NCBI GenBank assembly: GCA_905201895.1 | Contig: CAJKPX010000003.1 | Location: 19,840-83,839, forward strand | Direction of reading: 5' to 3' | Length of the DNA: 64,000 nt | Source: an uncultured Eubacteriales bacterium | GTDB lineage: Bacteria > Bacillota > Clostridia > Oscillospirales > CAG-272 | Part shown: piece after piece, positions 34,771-44,763 of the stretch | Layout of the letters: the number at the start of each line of letters is the position of its first letter | How positions within the stretch are numbered: position 1 is the first letter of the stretch | Notes under the pieces: generated by a model | The model's input: only the letters and a program-made list of their open reading frames with translations | Database searches by the model: none | Told to the model about the DNA's origin: nothing | Translations under genes and position numbers: made by a program

Positions 34771-37200
34771 ATGCGAGGAAAGAGCAAACAACATATCGGA
34801 CAGACGCGCAAGCGATGGATCGTGATTTCGGTTCTGTTCATATTTTTATCGGCAGCGATTCTTGGCGTTGGTGTGTATCTTCATTTGAATTTTGAGCGTG
34901 AAATGCCCGAGGAATGGATCAATTGGAGCGGAATGGGGCAATCCCCGCGTTTTTTTGCTTATCATTTTACCGATCGCACAAATCGAGAGGGCGAGCGGAT
35001 TGAGGTGATTGCCGAAGCGTTCGGTCATAAGCCGAGCTCCTACGTCGCCTATCCCGATATTCCCACGGATTTGATCCATGCCTTCGTTGCCATTGAGGAT
35101 AAGCGCTTTTTTTCGCACCGCGGCGTGGATTGGTATCGCACCGCGGCGGCTTCGTTGCGCTATCTGACGGGAGGGGAAAATCGCTTTGGTGGATCAACGA
35201 TCACACAGCAGCTCGTGAAGAACACAACGGGGCACGATGAGGTGAGTCTGACGCGAAAGGTGCAGGAGATCTTTTACGCACTCGATCTGGAGCGTAAACT
35301 CGATAAACGTGAAATTCTGGAGCGCTATCTCAATATCATTCATTTTTCGGACAACTGCAACGGAATTGCAGAGGCTGCGGATCATTATTTTTCCAAAGAG
35401 GTGTCGGAGCTGACTCTGACCGAGATTGCCGCGATCGCCGCGATCACGAATAGCCCCTCCTATTATAACCCGATCCGACATCCTGAGCACAACCGTGAGC
35501 GCAGAAATCTGATTCTGGGAGAAATGTATCGCCAGGGGTATCTTGAGGAGGCAGAATACCAAGCTGCCGTTGATACGCCGCTCGTCCTGAACGTGCGCGA
35601 TGAGGGCGAGGGAGAGGGGATCAACTCATGGTACGTGGACATGGTGCTTGAGGACATTACGCTTGATCTGATGCGAGAATTCGGACTTGGCAGAGCTGCT
35701 GCCTCGCATCTGCTTTATTCGGGAGGATTGCAGATTGATATGGCGGTTGACCCCGAAATCCAATCCATCGTTGAGGATTATTATTCCCACGCGCTTGGGC
35801 TGCCGAGCAATACGCACGGTGAGGGGGCGCAATCGGCGATTATTGTGATCGACCCCAAAACGGGCGACGTGCTCGGCATTGCAGGGGCGGCAGGGGAGAA
35901 GCGCGGTAATCGCTTGCAAAATTTTGCAACGCAAACGCAACGTCCCCCGGGGTCTGCGCTTAAGCCGATCTCGATCTATGCGCCCGCTCTTGAGGAGGGA
36001 CTAATCACCTGGGCAAGCGTTTACGATGATGTGCCAACTCATTTTGGTTTTTCGGGGCGTGCAGCATGGCCGCGCAATGCAACCGGAGAATATCGCGGTT
36101 TGACAACGGTTGCCTACGCTGTCGCACATTCAACGAATACCGTGCCCGTTCGGATTTTGGAGGAGCTTGGAATTGATCGTTCCTATCTTTGGGCGAGCGA
36201 GCGATTTCATCTGAAGGGCCTTGTTTCGGAGTCGGGCGCGAATGACAGAGACGTTGCCGCACTTGCACTCGGACAGCTCAATTATGGCGTGACGCTGCGC
36301 GAGATTACCGATGCCTACACCGTTTTTGCCGACGAAGGACGCTATCATCCCTGGCGCTCCTATTACCGTGTTCTGGATGCGGAGGGGAGAATTCTGCTAT
36401 CGTCACCCGATCGCTCCGAGATCGTGCTCTCCTCGGCAAACGCCGCGATCATGACCAAGCTTCTGCGCGGTGTGGTGGAATACGGCACCTCCTCCTCAAT
36501 CACACTCGGTCGGTTGATGGAATGTGCGGGAAAGACCGGAACGACAAGCAACGATAGCGACCGATGGTTTATCGGCTATACTCCCGATTATCTTTGCGGC
36601 GTTTGGTGCGGCTACGAATATCCAGAGCCGCTTGTTGGGAGAAATCTTTGCACGGGAATCTGGAATCGGGTGATGCGGCAGATCGTTGAGGAAAAGGGAG
36701 GCAAGGAGCGATTTTCCGTTCCGTCCAACGTCATTCGGGTGAGCTTTTGCCCCGACTCGGGATCTATTCCGAGCGAGGCTTGCACGCTTGATCCGCGAGG
36801 TGTACGAACGCAAACGGGATGGTTTGTGCTGGGAACCGAGCCAAAATCACATTGCACGCGGCACGTTCTGTGCGAATACGATGCCGAGAACGGTGGCATT
36901 GACCACGGATTCTGTCCCGAGGAAAACCGCCAACAGGTGGCACTTTTGCAAATTCAGCGTTCCTTTCCCATGCAGGTTTCCGTTACCGATGCGCAATATG
37001 TATGGAGAGGAGACCCTCGCTCGATCGCACCAAACTCCGATCCAACGCGCCCTTATTTTGACGGTACGCAGAGCGGATACGTTGGAATTTCCGCAACGCG
37101 CACTCCCTTCAATCGCTCCTGCACAGCTCATCTCCATCCACCCGATCCGATGGAGGATTGGGACTATCTCGATCGGGAGGATCGCTTTTCAAGCGAATAA
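34771..37200 (+). CDS. class A penicillin-binding protein (PBP1A family; transglycosylase plus transpeptidase)
   Basis: GT51 motifs IEDKRFFSHRGVD and GGSTITQQLVKN. Transpeptidase motifs GSALKP (SxxK), HSTNTV (SxN) and GKTGTTSN (KTG). Confidence 0.92.
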   Translation: MRGKSKQHIGQTRKRWIVISVLFIFLSAAILGVGVYLHLNFEREMPEEWINWSGMGQSPRFFAYHFTDRTNREGERIEVIAEAFGHKPSSYVAYPDIPTDLIHAFVAIEDKRFFSHRGVDWYRTAAASLRYLTGGENRFGGSTITQQLVKNTTGHDEVSLTRKVQEIFYALDLERKLDKREILERYLNIIHFSDNCNGIAEAADHYFSKEVSELTLTEIAAIAAITNSPSYYNPIRHPEHNRERRNLILGEMYRQGYLEEAEYQAAVDTPLVLNVRDEGEGEGINSWYVDMVLEDITLDLMREFGLGRAAASHLLYSGGLQIDMAVDPEIQSIVEDYYSHALGLPSNTHGEGAQSAIIVIDPKTGDVLGIAGAAGEKRGNRLQNFATQTQRPPGSALKPISIYAPALEEGLITWASVYDDVPTHFGFSGRAAWPRNATGEYRGLTTVAYAVAHSTNTVPVRILEELGIDRSYLWASERFHLKGLVSESGANDRDVAALALGQLNYGVTLREITDAYTVFADEGRYHPWRSYYRVLDAEGRILLSSPDRSEIVLSSANAAIMTKLLRGVVEYGTSSSITLGRLMECAGKTGTTSNDSDRWFIGYTPDYLCGVWCGYEYPEPLVGRNLCTGIWNRVMRQIVEEKGGKERFSVPSNVIRVSFCPDSGSIPSEACTLDPRGVRTQTGWFVLGTEPKSHCTRHVLCEYDAENGGIDHGFCPEENRQQVALLQIQRSFPMQVSVTDAQYVWRGDPRSIAPNSDPTRPYFDGTQSGYVGISATRTPFNRSCTAHLHPPDPMEDWDYLDREDRFSSE

Positions 37201-37272
37201 TACAAGCGTCTCTTTCATATTGTGATAGCGAGAGGCGTAAAAAAACAGCGCCTCGGAAAGAGGTGCTGTTTT

Positions 37273-37803
37273 ATGTATAAGAAGCAATACGGACGCATGA
37301 CGGTGAGCGCATGGCTCAATTGCGAAATGGACCGTACAAATCCCTTGGTGATGATCCTGCTCGGCGTAATGCTTGCGGTGGGGGGGATTTTGGTTCGCGC
37401 CTTCGTGGGGGGACCGCACCGTGCATTGTTGGAGCTCGGGATCGAGCGATTGATCCCTCCTGTTTGGCTGATGGCGGTGCTCTGGACGGTTGCACTCTTT
37501 ACGGTTGGCTGCGCTGCAGGCTTTGTGCTTGGTATGCGAAGTGGCGGATACGATGGTGAGCGCTACAAGGGCTGCATGTTTTTTGTTCTGCTTGCCGCGC
37601 TTGAGCTATGCTGGTATCCCACCTTCTTCGGCGCGGGGCTTTATTTTTTGAGTGTGCTGGAGTCGATCCTGATCCTTTGTTTTTCGCTTGCCGTCACGTT
37701 TTGCTTTTATCGCGTGAGTAAGTTTGCAGGCATGCTTTTTTTCTTTCATGACGTTTGGCTGATCTATATGCTGATTCTCAATTTCGCAGCATTTTTCATA
37801 TAA
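37273..37803 (+). CDS. TspO/MBR-like tryptophan-rich membrane protein
   Basis: LIPPVWLMAVLWTV aligns by eye with the PPxWVFxxxWTxLY motif of TspO. Five TM helices. ATG 37273 lies 9 nt after GAAAGAGG. Confidence 0.55.
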   Translation: MYKKQYGRMTVSAWLNCEMDRTNPLVMILLGVMLAVGGILVRAFVGGPHRALLELGIERLIPPVWLMAVLWTVALFTVGCAAGFVLGMRSGGYDGERYKGCMFFVLLAALELCWYPTFFGAGLYFLSVLESILILCFSLAVTFCFYRVSKFAGMLFFFHDVWLIYMLILNFAAFFI

Positions 37804-37809
37804 TTCGTA

Positions 37810-39189
37810 TCAGCTTCGGGGGGGGCGCCTGTTTTTGTTCGTGTTTTGAAGTGAGTTGGGGGCAGGGTCCATTTTCATGCTGAAATACTTATCCCATTTC
37901 AATCTACGCCGTCTTTGAAGCACCGTCTCGGTCACGATCCACGCACAAAGAACAACGCAAAAGAACATCGTCCCCGAAACGAACGCGCGATTATGAAGCA
38001 AGCCTCGAATTGCATGCAAGGTGCTAACGAACGCACTTCGCTCGGCTCCGCCTGCGGTGTAGAGAGGCAGGACTCCGAGGGCCTTGCCTTGATAGAGAAC
38101 CGACACGTAGCCAACCATCTTCCCCTCCGAAAAGGGAGCCTCAAGCTCGTTACAGAGTAGACGAATGCTGTATTTGAACTCGTTGGGGTCGATTCCCTTG
38201 GGAAGAAAGCAGATCAGCGTTTCGCCGACACGAGCCTCCACCTCGGTAGTCATATCCGAAACGGTAACGGGGATCATGCAAACAACCGTTTCGGGGGTGA
38301 GGATTTCAACGTATTCAAAGGCGTCAAAGCCCCATTTGATTATGCGGTTGGTTAGCACGTAACCGTAGTTGGTCCCGTCGGTCTCCCGTGCGCCCATCAC
38401 GATGCAGAGATAGGTTTGTTCTTCGTAGACTGCAGCAGTGATGACACAACTCCCACCGGTTTCGGTGTAGCCCGCGCTCATTCCGCGACATTTGGCATTA
38501 AAATACTCTGCCGTGGTTGCCTTGGATAGTAGGGCGTTGCGGTTGTAGAAGGTTTTTGCACTCAACAGCTGCGATCCTCCGAAGGAATAGCGCAGGGTGG
38601 AGGAGAGCTGCATATAGAGCTCGTTTTCAAAGGCAGTTCGAGCGATCAGGAGCAGATCACTTGCATCGGTTTGCGAGGAATCGTCAACGCCGCTTGGATC
38701 GGTGAAAACGCTGTTGTTGCATCCGAGCATGGTGGCGCGAGCATTCATTTCGGCAACGAAGGCAGCTCTCGAGCCCGAAGCCTGCACCGCAAGCACGTCA
38801 TAGGCATCGTTGTAGCTTGCGCAAAGCGCGGCGTAGAGAAGCTGCTCAACGGTCAGAACATCTCCCGCGCGGAGGTATAGTCGGTAGCCTGCCGACTGAG
38901 CCACCATCTCATCGGTGATCTCAACTGTTTCGTAAAGCCTGTCGGCAAATGCTTCGCAAAACAAAAGACCTGCCATGACCTTAACGCTTGATCCCGCAGG
39001 AATTGCGGTATCGGCGTTTTTTTCAAGTACGACGGTTTGACTTTCAACGTGGTAAAAAGAAACCGCAGAGGCCTCATGCAAGGATGGCGGCGCCGTAACA
39101 TCCTCGGACGCACTGATAGGGCAGATGCACGCCGATATGCATAGCATAAAACAGAGAAAATGCAATAAAACACGCTTTGCTCGGGGCAT
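37810..39189 (-). CDS. D-alanyl-D-alanine carboxypeptidase (S11, PBP5/DacB-like) with C-terminal TM anchor
   Basis: Signal peptide, GSSVKVMAGLL (SxxK) and CASYNDAYD (SxN). RBS AAAGGAGAG. Confidence 0.8.
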   Translation of the reverse strand: MPRAKRVLLHFLCFMLCISACICPISASEDVTAPPSLHEASAVSFYHVESQTVVLEKNADTAIPAGSSVKVMAGLLFCEAFADRLYETVEITDEMVAQSAGYRLYLRAGDVLTVEQLLYAALCASYNDAYDVLAVQASGSRAAFVAEMNARATMLGCNNSVFTDPSGVDDSSQTDASDLLLIARTAFENELYMQLSSTLRYSFGGSQLLSAKTFYNRNALLSKATTAEYFNAKCRGMSAGYTETGGSCVITAAVYEEQTYLCIVMGARETDGTNYGYVLTNRIIKWGFDAFEYVEILTPETVVCMIPVTVSDMTTEVEARVGETLICFLPKGIDPNEFKYSIRLLCNELEAPFSEGKMVGYVSVLYQGKALGVLPLYTAGGAERSAFVSTLHAIRGLLHNRAFVSGTMFFCVVLCAWIVTETVLQRRRRLKWDKYFSMKMDPAPNSLQNTNKNRRPPRS

Positions 39190-39213
39190 CGCGGCTCTCC
39201 TTTCCGTAAAAAA

Positions 39214-40149
39214 TCAGATTTGCTCCGTGTAGGAGCGTGCATAGGCAACATCTCGTGCGATCTGCTCACGCAGGGCATCAAGGGAATCAAAGGTTTGCTC
39301 GGGGCGAATAAAGGAGCGAAAGGCAACGCGAAGCGTTCGTCCGTAAAGATCGCCCGAAAAATCAAGCAGATAGGTTTCGCAGTTGGCAACCTCGGTGTTC
39401 TCAACCGTTGGACGCAGCCCAACGTTGGACACACCCCGATAAATTTTTCCATCAATCTCGCAATCGGTTACGTAAACACCGTGACGCGGAATGAGCATAC
39501 CGCTCGGAAAGCGTTGATTGAGGGTGGGCGTTCCGAGCTTGTGGCCGAGAGCCTTGCCGTGAATGACCTCGGCAGAGATCGCGTAAGGGCGCGCAAGCAT
39601 CTGATTTGCTCGCTCCACCTCACCGCTGCCGAGAAGTCGACGAATCGCAGTTGAGGAAACCGTTTCACCGTTGATCAAAACCTCATCCTGCATAAAAACA
39701 GGTGCACCAAGCAAGCGTTTCAAATCGTCTCCGCTTCCGCCTGCATTCTTTCCAAATCGGTAATTAAAGCCGCAAACAGCCGCCACACAGCCACACTCGC
39801 CCTGCAGGATCAATTTGACAAAATCATGAGGAGAGAGGTCGCGTATTGCCGAAAAATTGGCAAGAAGGGCATATTCCATCCCCATTTCGCGAAAGAGCGC
39901 CAACTTTTCCTCTCGCATGGTCAGCTGTGGGATCGGCGTTGGTGAGAGCAGCTCCGAGGTGGGCGGGTCAAAGCAAAAAACGGCGCGCGAAGCCATGGGT
40001 GCCACCGCTGCCTGCAGGATTGCAGTCTGCCGCATCAGCTCGCGGTGTGCCAGATGCACGCCGTCAAAGTTTCCGAGGCAGATTACACTTGAGGACGGTA
40101 GGGATGACTCACGCATGGTACACAGAGAAATACATGTGATCGCTTGCAT
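39214..40149 (-). CDS. ribF: bifunctional riboflavin kinase / FMN adenylyltransferase
   Basis: LGNFDGVHLAH, GHKLGTPTLN, NVGLRPT and ETYLLDFSGDLYG. The start is uncertain: ATG 40149 or 40116. Confidence 0.88.
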   Translation of the reverse strand: MQAITCISLCTMRESSLPSSSVICLGNFDGVHLAHRELMRQTAILQAAVAPMASRAVFCFDPPTSELLSPTPIPQLTMREEKLALFREMGMEYALLANFSAIRDLSPHDFVKLILQGECGCVAAVCGFNYRFGKNAGGSGDDLKRLLGAPVFMQDEVLINGETVSSTAIRRLLGSGEVERANQMLARPYAISAEVIHGKALGHKLGTPTLNQRFPSGMLIPRHGVYVTDCEIDGKIYRGVSNVGLRPTVENTEVANCETYLLDFSGDLYGRTLRVAFRSFIRPEQTFDSLDALREQIARDVAYARSYTEQI

Positions 40150-40153
40150 CGGT

Positions 40154-40411
40154 TCAATCGAGCTCCAGGTATTTTTTGACCAGATCAATCATCAGCTCGT
40201 CGCGGTCGATCTTGCGGATCAAGGCACGGGCGTTTTGATAATTGGTGATATAAGTGGGGTCCTCCGAGAGCAGATATCCCACGATCTGTCCGATCGGATT
40301 GTAGCCCTTTTCGCTCATTGCGTCATAGACCTCTCGCAAAATCTTTTGCATATCGGGCTCATCATCAATCGCATTTTCTGCAAAAATTTTTTCATCTTGC
40401 TTTTTTTCCAT
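40154..40411 (-). CDS. IreB family regulatory phosphoprotein (UPF0297)
   Basis: [43 protein letters not shown] 40411 gives the usual ~85-aa length. ATG 40450 is possible. Confidence 0.8.
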   Translation of the reverse strand: MEKKQDEKIFAENAIDDEPDMQKILREVYDAMSEKGYNPIGQIVGYLLSEDPTYITNYQNARALIRKIDRDELMIDLVKKYLELD

Positions 40412-40533
40412 GGCTTTTAACACATCCTTTCCGATGTTTTTGCAACGCATTCCATTTCACTCTCTATTATATATGAAAACAGCGACTTTTTCAAGTCTTT
40501 TTCATAAATCTCGACGTTTTTTTCTCATGCCTC

Positions 40534-40562
40534 TTGACGCCAAGCTCTTTTTGCGGTATACT
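40534..40562 (+). promoter_or_regulatory. promoter TTGACG-17-TATACT
   Basis: TTGACG at 40534-39 and TATACT at 40557-62. Confidence 0.6.
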
Positions 40563-40591
40563 TGAAGCACTAAAAGAAAGGGGGACGGGGA

Positions 40592-41539
40592 ATGCGAGTC
40601 AGACTTTTGGACGCACAAACACTCGGGGCGGATCTTTCGCCCGCAATATTTGAGGAATTCGGAGAGGTGAAGGTCTTTGGTAACACCGCTCCCGATCAGG
40701 TGGAGGATCACATTGGCGACGCGGAGGTCGTCATCATCAACAAGGTGCGTCTCAATGCCGACAATCTCCGCTCTGCAAATTCACTTCGGTTGATCTGTAT
40801 TGCCGCAACAGGCTTTGACAACGTGGACCTTGCCTATTGCCGCGAGCGCGGCATTGCCGTGTGCAACGTGGTGGGGTATTCTACTCAATGCGTGGCACAG
40901 GTGACGGTTGCAATGGCGCTCTCTCTGATCACGCACCTACCCGAATACGATGCATGCGTTCGCAGCGGAGATTATACCGCAGGTGGAGTTCCAAACCGAC
41001 TGACGCCCGTTTACCATGAGATCGCGGGTAAAACCTGGGGAATCATTGGATTCGGAAATATCGGTGGACAGGTTGGGCGCGTTGCGCAGGCGCTTGGATG
41101 CCGCGTGCTGGTTCACAAAAGGACTCCGATCAGCGGATGGGAATGCGTAGATCTGGAGCGCATCTGCCGCGAATCGGACATCCTCTCGATCCATACGCCG
41201 CTCAACGATTCAACGAGAGGTCTTTTGGACGCTGCGCATATTGCCATGCTCAAGCGCGATGCGATCGTGATCAACGTGGCACGCGGAGCCGTTACCGATG
41301 AGGCAGCAATTGCAGAGGCGATCAAGGAGCATCGCATCGGAGCACTTGGAGTGGATGTTTATTCCACCGAGCCGTTTCCAAAGGATCATCCCTTTTACGC
41401 GATCAGGGAATATCCCAACGTCTGCTTCACGCCGCACATGGCTTGGGGTGGCTTTGAAACGAGAACGCGCGTGATGACCGAGATGGCGGAAAATATCCGT
41501 GATTTTCTTGCAGGCGGTAGGCGTAATCGCGTCGATTGA
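40592..41539 (+). CDS. D-isomer-specific 2-hydroxyacid dehydrogenase (glycerate dehydrogenase-like)
   Basis: WGIIGFGNIGGQVG (NAD fold), VINVARGAVTDE and FTPHMAWG (catalytic His). Confidence 0.85.
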   Translation: MRVRLLDAQTLGADLSPAIFEEFGEVKVFGNTAPDQVEDHIGDAEVVIINKVRLNADNLRSANSLRLICIAATGFDNVDLAYCRERGIAVCNVVGYSTQCVAQVTVAMALSLITHLPEYDACVRSGDYTAGGVPNRLTPVYHEIAGKTWGIIGFGNIGGQVGRVAQALGCRVLVHKRTPISGWECVDLERICRESDILSIHTPLNDSTRGLLDAAHIAMLKRDAIVINVARGAVTDEAAIAEAIKEHRIGALGVDVYSTEPFPKDHPFYAIREYPNVCFTPHMAWGGFETRTRVMTEMAENIRDFLAGGRRNRVD

Positions 41540-41550
41540 TCGAAAAAACG

Positions 41551-41598
41551 AAAAACGGTGTCTCAAGTTGCATTTGCAGATCAAGACACCGTTTTTTT
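41551..41598. terminator. bidirectional rho-independent terminator
   Basis: ACGGTGTCT (41555-63) pairs with AGACACCGT (41584-92), flanked by A5 and T7. Confidence 0.8.
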
Positions 41599-42742
41599 AT
41601 TTTTTGTGATTGAGAATTCTTGCAATCAAGGGTCTGTGCACCTTCATGGCACCAACAGGGCAGAATTCCTGACAGCAAAAGCAGGTGATACAGCGCTTGC
41701 GGTCGATCACGGGAAGCCCGTCCTTCATCGTGATCACATGTGCGGGACAGATTTCGGCACATTTTCTGCAACCGATGCAACGCCTTTTGTCGGGACGCGG
41801 CTCGGCGCGCAGAGCACTTCGCACAAAGGTGGCGGCAAACTTTCCGGCACCCTCAAATTGCAGGCTACGGCGAACGTGGATATGGTCAAAATCGGTTATC
41901 CGAAGGGCTTTCCAATCACCGTAAATCGAGAGCGCATCCGCCTCATTCGGAATTTTTCCCTGTGTTACTGCAACCTCAAGTGTTGGAACGTCCTTGGGGG
42001 TCAGACCAATCAGGGCGGCAGAGAGCAAGTCGAGCTGATGCGGATTGGAGGATGCGAGTAGGGCACCGATCGCGCGAGGTTTTCCCTGTGTTGGTCCGTT
42101 TCCTTCCATTCCAACCACCGCATCAACGATGCAAAGCTTGATTTTGTCTGCAAAATAGGAGTTGAGGTCGATGAGCATTGCTGCAAAATCGCTATGATCG
42201 GGGAAACGAAAGTGATATTCGGGCTTAAAGGTTCCGGGAACAACGCCGAACATATTTTTCACCGCCGCGCTCATGCCCATCATGCCGTGCGTTTTAAGCT
42301 TGCAGAAATTGATGATTGCGTCGACCTGATCGAGATACGCGGTATAGGTAAAATCACGTGCCACCGTGGCATCCGGAAAGATCGCCTCGGCAATCGAATA
42401 ATCGTTGTTGAGAACGGCGCCCAGTTTTTCTGCCTCGTGCATTCCCGTTACGGAATAGATCCGACCAACCACCGCGGCGTTGTAGAGTCCCCCGGGGCTA
42501 TCTCCAATGATTGGCTCTGCACCACGTTCACGAAGCATCCGCACCAGCTCGCAAAGCAGGGCGGGGTGCGTTGTTGCCGCGCTTTCTGGCTTCATCATCG
42601 AAACAAGGTTTGCCTTGATTGCAATTCGCATGCCTGATCTGACCCAGGATAACCCGCCGATCGGTTCAAGCAGCGATTGCAGTGCCGTGCGTACCTCGTT
42701 GACGTTATAGGAACTGCACGGAACGATCGAAACGTCATACAT
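41597..42742 (-). CDS. DUF362 domain protein with C-terminal 2x[4Fe-4S] ferredoxin domain
   Basis: RIAIKANLVSMMKPESAATTHPAL, plus CIGCRKCAEICP...CITCFCCQEFCP. Confidence 0.8.
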   Translation of the reverse strand: MYDVSIVPCSSYNVNEVRTALQSLLEPIGGLSWVRSGMRIAIKANLVSMMKPESAATTHPALLCELVRMLRERGAEPIIGDSPGGLYNAAVVGRIYSVTGMHEAEKLGAVLNNDYSIAEAIFPDATVARDFTYTAYLDQVDAIINFCKLKTHGMMGMSAAVKNMFGVVPGTFKPEYHFRFPDHSDFAAMLIDLNSYFADKIKLCIVDAVVGMEGNGPTQGKPRAIGALLASSNPHQLDLLSAALIGLTPKDVPTLEVAVTQGKIPNEADALSIYGDWKALRITDFDHIHVRRSLQFEGAGKFAATFVRSALRAEPRPDKRRCIGCRKCAEICPAHVITMKDGLPVIDRKRCITCFCCQEFCPVGAMKVHRPLIARILNHKK

Positions 42743-42775
42743 ATAGCTCGTTCTCCTTCGTATTTTCTTGTATTC

Positions 42776-42804
42776 ATCATATCACTTTTTCGGGAAAGAT
42801 GCAA
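42776..42804 (-). promoter_or_regulatory. promoter TTGCAT-17-TATGAT with TG extension for the DUF362 gene
   Basis: On the minus strand, TTGCAT at 42804-42799 and TGATATGAT at 42784-42776. Confidence 0.6.
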
Positions 42805-42825
42805 TACTTTTTTCGGAAAATGCAA
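42785..42825. repeat. imperfect tandem direct repeat (about 20 nt, period 22) over and upstream of the -35
   Basis: CTTTTTCGGGAAAGATGCAA at 42785-42804 and CTTTTTTCGGAAAATGCAA at 42807-42825. Confidence 0.6.
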
Positions 42826-42844
42826 AGAAATTCGAGAAAAAAGA

Positions 42845-43774
42845 TCAAACAAGCGTGGGAAAGGTGAAAAGCAGACGGCAGAGGCGCGAATAGATCGCGA
42901 TGTGATCCGATATAGGGAGCGGATTGACGCCTCGACCGCATTCCAGGGTGAAGCAAGGGAGCCGCTCGCCTCGTGCACACCAATCGGTGAGACCGCCAAA
43001 GGAGGCGAGCCCCTCTGCTTCGGACAGACGGTATCCGCTCATGCGCGAGAGCCGCTTGGCAATTGCAGGCGCTCGTGGGGCGCTTTTCCCGCCGCTTTGA
43101 TAGTAAATTTCCTCACCCTGCGTGTGCAGCGTCAGAATTCCGCAAAGATCCGAATGAAAACGAATCCAATTGCAGAGCGCCGCCACCTCGGGCTCGGATT
43201 CGGGATATTCGCCGCTATATCGGGTCGGTGCGCCCTGCGTGATCCCGTTTTCAACCTCGAGTGGCTTATATTCCCAAAAGCCCGCATCATAGTTGTGGTT
43301 CAGATCAACGCCGCGTGCATTTGCCTGCCATTTGGAAAAATCTTCACCGTCGGGATTCATACGGAGCAGTCGCTCGCGCAGAGGATTTTTTGCATCCACG
43401 CCGTGAATCTGATAGGAAACCCCATCGGGATTGAGCATTGGAATGACGTGAAATTTGCAAAGCTCAAGGCAGACCGGGAGTGCGCGACGGTTATGGGAGT
43501 GACCGTCCTTTGAGAGCTCACAAATCTCCTCAAGAAATCGGCAAAGCAGAAGGGCGGTGATCCACTCCATCCCGTGGTGTGCACCAACGTACAGTACCTC
43601 ATGCGCGCCTGTTCCAACCGTCAGAATCGGGATGGGAGCGCCAAGAATCGAGGTGGTGAGATAGGAGAGCTCGAGAGCGGGATATTTCTCTGTCAGAAAT
43701 TCAAGAACGCGCATCATTTCGCAGTGATCAAAGGCAACGTCTCCGATAATCTTTTGTTTTTTCTTTTCTTGCAT
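42845..43774 (-). CDS. M14 family metallopeptidase (gamma-D-glutamyl-meso-diaminopimelate peptidase-like)
   Basis: VGAHHGMEWIT (HxxE zinc site) and LTLHTQGEEIYY (second His region). Confidence 0.75.
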   Translation of the reverse strand: MQEKKKQKIIGDVAFDHCEMMRVLEFLTEKYPALELSYLTTSILGAPIPILTVGTGAHEVLYVGAHHGMEWITALLLCRFLEEICELSKDGHSHNRRALPVCLELCKFHVIPMLNPDGVSYQIHGVDAKNPLRERLLRMNPDGEDFSKWQANARGVDLNHNYDAGFWEYKPLEVENGITQGAPTRYSGEYPESEPEVAALCNWIRFHSDLCGILTLHTQGEEIYYQSGGKSAPRAPAIAKRLSRMSGYRLSEAEGLASFGGLTDWCARGERLPCFTLECGRGVNPLPISDHIAIYSRLCRLLFTFPTLV

Positions 43775-43869
43775 AATCGTTTCACCCCGTTTTTCATTCT
43801 TTTTTGTAGCATATTATGCCGTTTGTGTAAAAATGTTTACAAATAAAGGGCGAAATTGCTCCGAAAATA

Positions 43870-43878
43870 TGCTATAAT
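43870..43878 (+). promoter_or_regulatory. extended -10 promoter (TGCTATAAT)
   Basis: Motif at 43870-43878, about 34 nt before the start codon. Confidence 0.5.
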
Positions 43879-43911
43879 ATTTTCAATTCTTGACTCCGAA
43901 AGGAAATGAAC

Positions 43912-44709
43912 ATGGAGCTTTCTTCATTTGATCAAAGCAGAAGGACAACGCTGAAAAAGCAAATGACGGTATGGGTTCTTGCGATCGTCTTCTTTTATGC
44001 CGTGATCTGTACGCCGATCTATTTATGGATCAACAGTGATATTTTGTTTGCAGAGTCATGGTTCCCTCTGATTTGGGACGTAGTGATTGACCTGGCAAAC
44101 TACGCCTTTTACTGGGTGAATTTTTCTTTTATGCTTTACGCATTCTTTCGATTTGAAACGAAACATGCCACGCCGTTTTTTGTGATTTTGGGATTTGCGG
44201 TGCTCCTGCGATATCCGCTCAATCTGCTCGTGGGCTATTTCGTGAACGGTTTTCCGATTCTTGACGATTTTCTCATTGAGCTTCCGTATCTGTTTTTGAA
44301 TATTCTGTTCGACGCTACCGTATTTGCTTTGTTTATCGGTGCAATGCTTGCAGTAAGGGCATCGGCAAAAAACAGAAAGTTCAGCAAAAAGGGAAGCTTG
44401 TTCACAGATTTTCTTCCGTTTGATCAGGTGTTTTCCTTCAAAAATCCGTTTCATCTCGTTCTTTTTGGCGGTGCAAGTGCTCTGGCACTCTGGAAAATCG
44501 GCTCTCGCGTTTTATACGATGCGTTTTACGGGCCTCCCAGAAGCCTCTCCGACCTTCTTTGGATGGTGCTCTACTACACCTTTGACGTCCTTTTCGTGTT
44601 CATCAGCGTGCTGATTTGCGTTTTTCTGATCAACCGCCTGTGGTTCTCGGAGGAGCGAGCACGCATTGAATTGGAGGAAACTGCGGAGACAGACCGTATT
44701 CTTCATTGA
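43912..44709 (+). CDS. hypothetical polytopic membrane protein
   Basis: Six or so hydrophobic helices. ATG 43912 lies 7 nt after AAAGGA. ATG 43906 is too close to the RBS. No family recognised. Confidence 0.55.
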   Translation: MELSSFDQSRRTTLKKQMTVWVLAIVFFYAVICTPIYLWINSDILFAESWFPLIWDVVIDLANYAFYWVNFSFMLYAFFRFETKHATPFFVILGFAVLLRYPLNLLVGYFVNGFPILDDFLIELPYLFLNILFDATVFALFIGAMLAVRASAKNRKFSKKGSLFTDFLPFDQVFSFKNPFHLVLFGGASALALWKIGSRVLYDAFYGPPRSLSDLLWMVLYYTFDVLFVFISVLICVFLINRLWFSEERARIELEETAETDRILH

Positions 44710-44718
44710 TTTTTAACG

Positions 44719-44763
44719 AAAAAAACAAATCCGCAAGGCTTTGCCTTGCGGATTTGTTTTTTA
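44719..44763. terminator. bidirectional rho-independent terminator (ends the ruvB operon)
   Basis: AACAAATCCGCAAGG (44724-38) pairs with CCTTGCGGATTTGTT (44744-58), flanked by A and T runs. Confidence 0.85.

Noticed and set aside
37801-37812. Convergent TspO-like and dac genes with stops only 6 nt apart and no terminator
   Set aside because: Noted as tight packing only. There is no structural signal to interpret.
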